A DNA stretch of 64,000 nucleotides, taken from NCBI RefSeq assembly GCF_032444005.1, contig NC_091290.1, forward strand, positions 135,966,001 through 136,030,000, given 5' to 3'. Origin of the DNA: Ranitomeya imitator. Lineage: Eukaryota. Under the pieces are notes generated by a model. The model worked only from the letters and a program-made list of their open reading frames with translations, made no database searches and was not told where the DNA came from. The position numbers and the translations under genes are program-made. Shown here piece by piece: positions 57,001-64,000 of the stretch. Numbering within the stretch: the stretch's first letter is position 1; every line of letters starts with the position of its first letter.

Positions 57001-60000
57001 TCGGGTTACTAAGCGCGGCTCTGCGCTTAGTAACCCGATGTTTACCCTGGTTACCCGGGGACTTCGGCATCGTTGGTCGCTGGAGAGCTGTCTGTGTGAC
57101 AGCTCTCCAGCGACCACACAGCGACGCTGCAGCGATCGGCATCGTTGTCTAGATCGCTACAGCGTCGCTTAATGTGACGGTACCTTAAGTTCACACAGGG
57201 TGTTTTTGCAGCTTCTTGAATGCAGCAAAACCTGATTTCTTGGCAGGAAAGAAGCTGCAGCAAAACGCATGTTTTGGTGCATTCTTTTTTCATGCGTTTT
57301 ACGGGCTAACTTGTGTCTCTTTGTGCATGCTAATAAAGTTGGGGAAACTACTACTTGTAGAACCGTACCTTTAGATCCATCTGCTGCATACAGTGAAATC
57401 ACACTGACAGGTTAGAATAGATATACACTATATCTATATATCAGTAACACACACATTTATATGTATATATATTACATAGGTAGAAGAAAAGTCGGTTATT
57501 CATCTAGGTAGTGTAAAAATCACAGCAGGAGCCGACAGGATAGATGGATATACAGATGTCTGGGACAAATACAATTAGTACAGTGTGCGCAAATTACTGG
57601 ATATGTAATTAATTAATAAAAGATTTATCGGAAATAAAAAATGGTGTGGGTTCCTGCGTAATTTTCGTAACCAGCAGAGGGAAAGCAGATGGCTGGGAGA
57701 CGATGTTTATAGCCTGGGAAGGGGATAATACCAATGGAGCTTCCCAGGCTATTAATATCAGCTCACAACTGTATACTTAAACGTTACTGGCTATTAAAAT
57801 GGGGGACCCTAAATTTTTTTTATTTTAATTACCTAGGAAGGGGCCATAGATGCTGCCCCCCTCCCCAGGCTAAGAACATCAGCTCTCAGCAGCCCCTGAA
57901 AAAGCACATCTCTAACATGCGCCAATTCTGGCACTTAGCCTCACTCTTCCCACTTGCCCTGCAGCTGTGGCAAGTAGGGTAATAGTTTTTTTTTTAACCA
58001 GATACATTTTTATTAAGAAAAACAATCATAACATATACATGACATCAAGCTATTAACATATAATCATATATTATTTTTAATAAACAAAACTCCCCCCCTT
58101 TTCCCCTTTAACTCCCCCCCCCTTTGAGACCCCTTCAGTACCATCCTCATTCCTATTCCAATAAACTTTCCCCAATCCGTATCCCATTGTACAGTTTGAA
58201 CATCATCTATAGCATTATGCATTATATCTTTTGGAATTCTTCTAGTTTATTTCTCTTAGTATATATACTTTTTTCCAGTAGAATTATACGATCAAGTGGG
58301 GTAATAGTTGGGAGGTTGATGTGACCATTGTATTGTCAAGTGACATAAAGCCCCGAAGTTAGTAAAGGAAAGGCGTCAATAAGACACCCCCATTACTGAC
58401 ACCATAGTCACATTGTAAGAAAACACAGACACCCAGAAAAAAAGTCCTTTAATTGAAAAAACGACTCAAACTCCTTTAATAATCTCAATTAAACTATATT
58501 TACGACCTCGCCAAATTCCACCAAAGCCCTTTTTTTCCGTAATAAATCAAAAATAATAAAACAACATCCCTCACCTCTCTGTCGTTCTGTCCCATGCCGT
58601 AATCCATGTCTGGGCGATAATTCGTTTTCAACCTGGATGGTGCCAAGATGCGACTGTCCCGCCTAAGAACCACTGGTGAATGAGCTGCCGTGAGCGCAGC
58701 ATCAGTGACTAGCGGTGACGTCACCGAGGCTCCGTTCCCAGCCGGGCTGAACAGCGGTGAGAAAGTCGCACAGTGCAGAGGTTTTACTTGTTTAAATTAG
58801 ATTATTAAAAGGAGTCTGTGTTATAGTTTTCAATTAAAAGACTTTATTCTTGGTGCGTGTTTTCTTACAATGTGACTATGGGGTTAGTAATGGATAGGTG
58901 TCTTATTGATGCCTCTCCATTAACTAACCTCGGGGCTTGATGTCATCTGACAATACAAAGGTGACATCAACCCCGGCAACTATCACCCCATACAAAGGTG
59001 ACATCAACCCCCTCCAACTATCACCCCACTTGCCACCACTACAGGGCAAGTGGGAAGGGCAGGGCAAAGCGCCAGCATTGGTGCATCTAATAGATGTGCC
59101 TTTCCTAGGCAGCTGTGGGCTGCTATCTTTAGGCTGGGAAAGGGGGGGGGGGGGGGGAGGAAGCAACATCCATGGCCCCTTACCAGCCTGAGAATAAGAG
59201 CCCCCAGCTGTCTGCTTTGGCAAGGCTGGTTGTCAAAAATGGGGGGATCCCACACCATTTTTTAAAATTATTTATTTAATTAAAACATAATTCCATCTGT
59301 TCTTGATAATTAGCTTTGCTGAAGCTGACAGCTGAGGGTTGCAGCCCCAAGCTGTGAATTTTGCCTGGCTGGTTAACAAAAATACAGGGGAACCCACGCA
59401 GAGTTTTGTTTGTTTTTGTTTATTTATTTACAGCGCAGGAGCTGTTGATGAATAACTCCCATCATCTGCTCCTGCTCTCAGTGTTACTAGCGGCAGCAGG
59501 TATCGGATGATAGGAGTAGTAGTCCCATCAACTGACAGCAGTACCGTAGGTGAACTGTTTACCTCCAATCACAGTTGAGCGCTCAGTGTCTTTGACAGCG
59601 GGGGATCTGCGGCTCCCTGACCGGCGGGGACGATTTCCCCGCCGATCAGAAGCTGTGTTTGCCATGATGTGATGCATATGACAGCATGCCAAACACTGTT
59701 TTCATGTGAATGGGGCTCAGGTCCGCTCTGCTGAATGACAGGCTGTATGGACGCATCATACTGCCTGCCATCTAGAGCTAGCAGAGCCGAGTGTGAGGTC
59801 ACATCCTGCTGTCCTTGACTTCTGCAGCAAATACGCTGCAAAAAAAAGTCTACCTGCGTATTTGCAGAATTTTTTTTTTCACCATCTATTCAAGTCAATG
59901 GGTGAAAAATGCTGCAAAAACGGTGAAAGAAGTGACCTGCTCTATGTAAGAAAAAAAACGCAGCAAAGCACAAAATCCTGATGACAAAAAAAACCCAATA

Positions 60001-61401
60001 TTTTTGTATAAGATTTCTGAAATCTCATAGGCTATGCTGGTACTGTAAAAAGCAGCTGTAAATTAGCATAAAAAGGCAGCAAAAAACCACCGAGTGTGAA
60101 CATACCCTTATAGCCTCGGTTATGTGCAGTTTATTGAATGAGTCATCTAAGAATCCATCAGTGAGCATATTCAGATGGCATGAGCTCCTCTCAGCTGATT
60201 AATAACCACAGACCACGTCTAAGTTGAAAGTTTCAGGAAATAAAGAACCTGTAAAAGCAAAACGGTGCAAAATTTGTAATTAATCCCAATTATTACTTAT
60301 TTTTTAAGCTTCAATCCATGTAATAAAGTGAAATGTTTCATTACATTTTGTGCTATGACACCTTGCGTCATGATGACATGCCCTTTTGGACACCACCAAT
60401 TTCATAATCTGAAAATTAGTTTACACTTTTTTATTTTAATTTTTGACAGCCAAATTTAGGAGGTTGCATGACGCAGCGAGTAAACGCTGTAGGGTGGGAA
60501 TTGCCCAACAAGCCATGGACGGCGCTCACACCCGAGATGACTATGTTTGCAGCACTCCTGTGAAATAATGGCTTGTTGGGCAATTCCCACCGTGGATATA
60601 CCCAACAGGAGCTGCGTTTAAGGATAGGAAGATTATTTACTTTAACAACTAAAACAAATTTATTTTTTAATGGTTTTACTTTCAATGGGACAAAAGGGGG
60701 TCGATTTGAACTTTTTACTTTTTTCAGCTTTAGTTTTTTTACTTTTTACTATATTTCTTGGGAGCGTTGAAGCTGCGATCGTCCGAGCTCCACATCGTGC
60801 TTCAGCCCTTGTACAGCAAAATTCACATTCTCCTGTGAACGTAAGCCACAAGCCAGCGTTCACAGGAGATTCACAATGCCAAGCATAGGGGTCTTCTACA
60901 GACCCCCTGCTGTCATGACAACCTATTGGCGCCCCGCGATCATGTGATTAGTGCTGATGGGCAGGATTTGTGACGCCTTGCCAGCTGGCGAATGTTAAAT
61001 CCAGTTGCCAAACTGTCAGCGGGATTTAACTGGTTAATAGCTTTGTGCAGAGCTCCCATGGGAGATTTTAGGTTCTCGATCCCTTTCTCCTCTCGCAGCT
61101 TCTTACCTCCTAGAGAACTGAGAGCTGGAGGACATCACCCCGACTGTTGTCGCCCGGCTTTTCCAGCTTAGGCCATGACTCAAGGACTCGTCTTTATGGT
61201 GGTTTCAGGGTTTATTGGTCCCATCGCTGGTTTATGTAAACTTTGTATAATATCTTATACGTTTTCTCTTCTAGGGACTTGAGGACATATTGTGATTACA
61301 AAGAAGCTGCTGTGTGTTACCAGGAGGCCTGGAGGCGACTCCGGGAACAGAGCTTCTCATCCTGGATCAGAGCGTCACGCGCCTACCTGCACTTCAGCTG
61401 A
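47834..61401 (+). CDS. adat1: tRNA-specific adenosine deaminase 1 (about 452 aa)
   Basis: Exons 47834-47838, 48588-48733, 50731-50787, 51381-51435, 53303-53433, 53562-54072, 54151-54290, 54507-54606, 54821-54907, 61275-61401; total 1359 nt in frame. Motifs [53 protein letters not shown]. Confidence 0.95.
48762..50690. repeat. 57-bp minisatellite (about 5 copies) split by a Tc1 insertion
   Basis: Unit cctgcccacgtagttccctctctgcccaccaggttgtgtaacgcttccatttccaat at 48762-49000, resuming at 50633 with tagttccctctctgcccacc. Confidence 0.9.
49001..50632 (+). mobile_element. Full-length IR/DR-type Tc1 transposon in ADAT1 intron 2, transposase frameshifted
   Basis: TA TSD at 48999 and 50633. Long (about 200 bp) TIRs caacccctggcaaaaattatg...ttgccaggggttg with internal aaaattatggaat direct repeats. 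ORF pieces 49340-49738 (paired-like [16 protein letters not shown]) and 49758-50183 (VIFSDE, MIWGCM, FQDD). Confidence 0.95.
51785..52615. repeat. About 24-bp G-rich minisatellite (gagtataggagcgccaacggggggt), about 30+ copies
   Basis: Direct repeats with variable G-run length in ADAT1 intron 4. Source of the spurious MALLYSPP ORFs. Confidence 0.92.
52982..53205. repeat. 21-bp minisatellite (atgatcggccatgtctggggg), about 10 copies
   Basis: Direct repeats. Source of the spurious MADHPPD and GMIGHVW ORFs. Confidence 0.92.
56557..60107. mobile_element. Large non-autonomous Harbinger-type element in the last ADAT1 intron
   Basis: TTA TSD at 56554-56 and 60108-10. Left TIR gggtaa/gttcacac (split by a MITE) and right TIR gtgtgaacataccc. 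Confidence 0.7.
56563..57185. mobile_element. Palindromic Harbinger-type MITE (third copy) inserted into the TIR of the larger element
   Basis: TAA (56560-62) + aggtacctttacac ... atgtgacggtacct + TAA (57186-88). Confidence 0.88.
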
Positions 61402-61419
61402 GACCCGCAATGGAAATCA

Positions 61420-61620
61420 GTACGTCCACCCAAGTGTTAAGACTGGCACTGGACCTGAGGATTGGTAATCGGCACGTCGACCCCAGTGTAAGACTGGCAC
61501 CGAACCTAGAGATTGGTAATTGACGCGTCTATCCAAGTGTAAGACTGGCACCGAACCTAGAGATTGGTGATTGACACGTCCACCCAAGTGTAAGACTGGC
61601 ACCAAACTCGGAGATTGGCC
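61420..61620 (+). repeat. About 50-bp tandem repeat, about 4 copies, directly after the ADAT1 stop codon
   Basis: Repeated acgtc..cccaagtgtaagactggcac..acctagagattggt units. Confidence 0.8.
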
Positions 61621-62484
61621 TCTTCTGTACACCGTCCAATTATCAGGAAACGAGTATTTCTAGGATTATGATTTGATTAAAAAAAAAAAGGTTTCTTTCA
61701 ATGACTTTCTTTGTAGTTTGTCTTATTTTTGAACATTGGGCACACAAAAAACCTACACCCTTCCACCGCTGCTTTCTCCCGGCATCGAGTTTGACAGCAC
61801 AATATAAAGCGTGCACAGCTGTGACCATGTTTTGTTGATCTAGATTATTGGGTCACCATACGCCAGGGGTACACATTTTTTGGTTCAAGGGCTGCAAAAA
61901 ATGTAAAGCAGTACTTGCATCAATATATTACAGAAGTTGTGGGTATTTGAGGAGGATTTGGAGAGAATCTGCTTAGTTTACGCAGTAGCATTTTTCTGAA
62001 AGCGATGCTCTTAGTCTGTGCAAGCCACATCCACTGAGGGCTTCGCGTGCAGATAGATGCTACTGCGCAGGCAACAACACCATTTTACTGTAGTTATATT
62101 TTTTTAATTGCGAACCTGACAATGTAGTTTACTTAGCAAAATTCTGAAGGCAGGTTCTCTAACAATAGTGAGGAGATACTACGAGTTGTTACTGTAAGTC
62201 ATCAAACTGCGGATCATGCAGCAACCACAGGACTGATGAGACCGAGTCAGTATCACAGATAAGTAATTACATCCGGGTACCTGATATTTTACACCTTTTC
62301 TGATTGTAGTTGTTTCCATCATATCTTGTCTACATGTAGCACAGACACCATGGAGAGATTTCATGCTCGGAGCTCATCTTCAGCAGCGATTCCCGACACC
62401 GTGCTTTTGAAAATTTAAGTATCATTATACTGCCCCATAAAGATCTCCCATGCTGCACGCCTGTGCTTCCTGCGTAATATAACC

Positions 62485-62700
62485 CACCGCACTGCCCCTC
62501 TGCACAATGTCCCCAACGAAACCACACTGCCCCTCTGCAAAATGTCCCCCACCAGACCGCACTGCCCCTCTGCAAAATGTCCTCCACCAGACCGCACTGC
62601 CCCTCTGCAAAATGTTTCCCACAAAACCGCACTGCCCCTCTGCAAAATGTCCCCCCACTAGACCACACTACAAAATATATCCCCCACACTGCCCTTTTGA
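62485..62700. repeat. About 32-bp tandem repeat (ccgcactgcccctctgcaaaatgtcccc), about 6 copies
   Basis: Direct imperfect repeats, probably internal to a non-autonomous DNA element. Confidence 0.75.
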
Positions 62701-63616
62701 ATAAAGTACCCCTCCACCACCACCTTAAACAAAGCTATGCCCCCTTTCAAAATGGTCACCCCAATTATGTGTCTTCACAGTAACATTAACCCCATTCCCA
62801 TCTCAACCACAATGATTTCGCATTCAGTCTTCGGCTCCTTGATGGAGCACTTACCTTTGTCCGCGACGTCTCATGACCTCATCACGCTGCTGCACACCGG
62901 GGAGCAGGATTGATGAGCGCAGCTCCTGTCCCAGCTCCACAGTGTTTTCATGTATTTGTGTCTAAAAGGCACAAATACATTTGAGTAGAAGGGGAAGCGC
63001 CGCATCCAGGGCAGCTCCACAGGCTGCCACCATCGTTCAGCGGGCCTGCCATAAACCATAGTTGAGGTCTGGAGATGTAAAATGTGTAGTGTGAATAATT
63101 CCTTACTGTGTCGAAACGAGACGTTATGGACTGAATAGTTTTATTAGCAGGAATTTGTAAAGGTGAATATTACATACCGGTAATTACTGATTACAATATC
63201 AATCACTAATAGTCTGTGTCTTATAGCGAAGGTCAGCAAATGACAGAACCATGGAAACAAAATCCAAAACCTATTTATATGCTGAATGCTACTAGCGGGG
63301 GTCGCCGGACCCCACATCTTCCTAAGTACTATTACTTAACCACTTCACTGCCAGAGTAAATAGGCTGCCGATTTCTAACTTCTGACACGTAGCCGGCCTC
63401 TTTGGCAGTAAAGTGACGTCTTCACAAAGCACAAAAAATAAATTACTTAAAAAAAAAAAAAAAAAAATATTTAGACAAAGATGGAGGACAAGACGTGGAA
63501 AAGAAAACCAAAAGGAGGCGTCCAGTTAAGATGCATCTAATCCTACGGGATGGAGACTTACACATCATGTTAAAACCACTGACATTATTTACAAGATTCA
63601 CAAGCCGTTGATGCGT

Positions 63617-63707
63617 CTAAAAGCCGAACGTGTTCTCTCCGCTGTACGCCACGTACAAAAAGCCGTCCTCGTCTTTCTCTTTCTCGTACAGCTGTCCCAT
63701 GGTTAGA
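63617..63707 (-). CDS. gabarapl2: GABARAPL2 (ATG8 family) last coding exon; the gene continues beyond the window
   Basis: Acceptor tttttccccttcag then (S)[29 protein letters not shown], matching the GABARAPL2 C-terminus as recalled. Candidate AATAAA (tttatt) at 63140-45. Confidence 0.93.
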
Positions 63708-64000
63708 CTGAAGGGGAAAAAGACAGGAAAAAAAATTACTGAACCACACTGTCGTTTCACGGGATCAATCCCTGGCTTTTTCATTTGATTAGACACTGAT
63801 AAGACTGACTGCCACGGCCTGTTAAAATATCTGGAAATCTGCGAACCTCTTTAAAGGGATATTCCAAGTTGTCTCCCATCCACAGGACAAGTGATAATTG
63901 CTAGATTGCTGGGGGTCTGATGAATAACGACTGTGACGGTCCAGAACTTGCAATGAAGCGGCAGCAAGCACAGTTTCAGTGCAGGACGTGCAGCCATCAG

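Overview
Vertebrate genomic DNA, very likely an anuran (frog). The species assignment is inference from the TE families and intron style. Four host genes can be reconstructed by hand: a single-coding-exon GlcNAc-6-O-sulfotransferase most like CHST4 (+, 20802-21971); KARS1 (+, 15 exons, 32899-43570, including the alternative mitochondrial-targeting exon); ADAT1 (+, 10 coding exons, 47834-61401); and the last exon of GABARAPL2 (-, 63617-63707). This matches the human 16q KARS1-ADAT1-GABARAPL2 block, but no TERF2IP is visible head-to-head with KARS1. The rest is dense, nested mobile DNA. Highlights are a full-length DIRS1-type tyrosine-recombinase retrotransposon (12983-19479, identical ITRs, ICR, open RT/RH/MT and YR ORFs, and an apparent spliceosomal intron in gag), a young 5'-truncated L1 with a 16-bp TSD, and several Tc1-family elements (DD34E and one DD37E). 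Also present are a SCAN-bearing Gypsy remnant, Harbinger/hAT/piggyBac-type MITEs, a V-SINE, a Penelope-type minimal hammerhead ribozyme in a KARS1 intron, and multiple minisatellites. No CRISPR, rRNA or true tRNA genes were seen. All coordinates were read by hand; no database searches were run.
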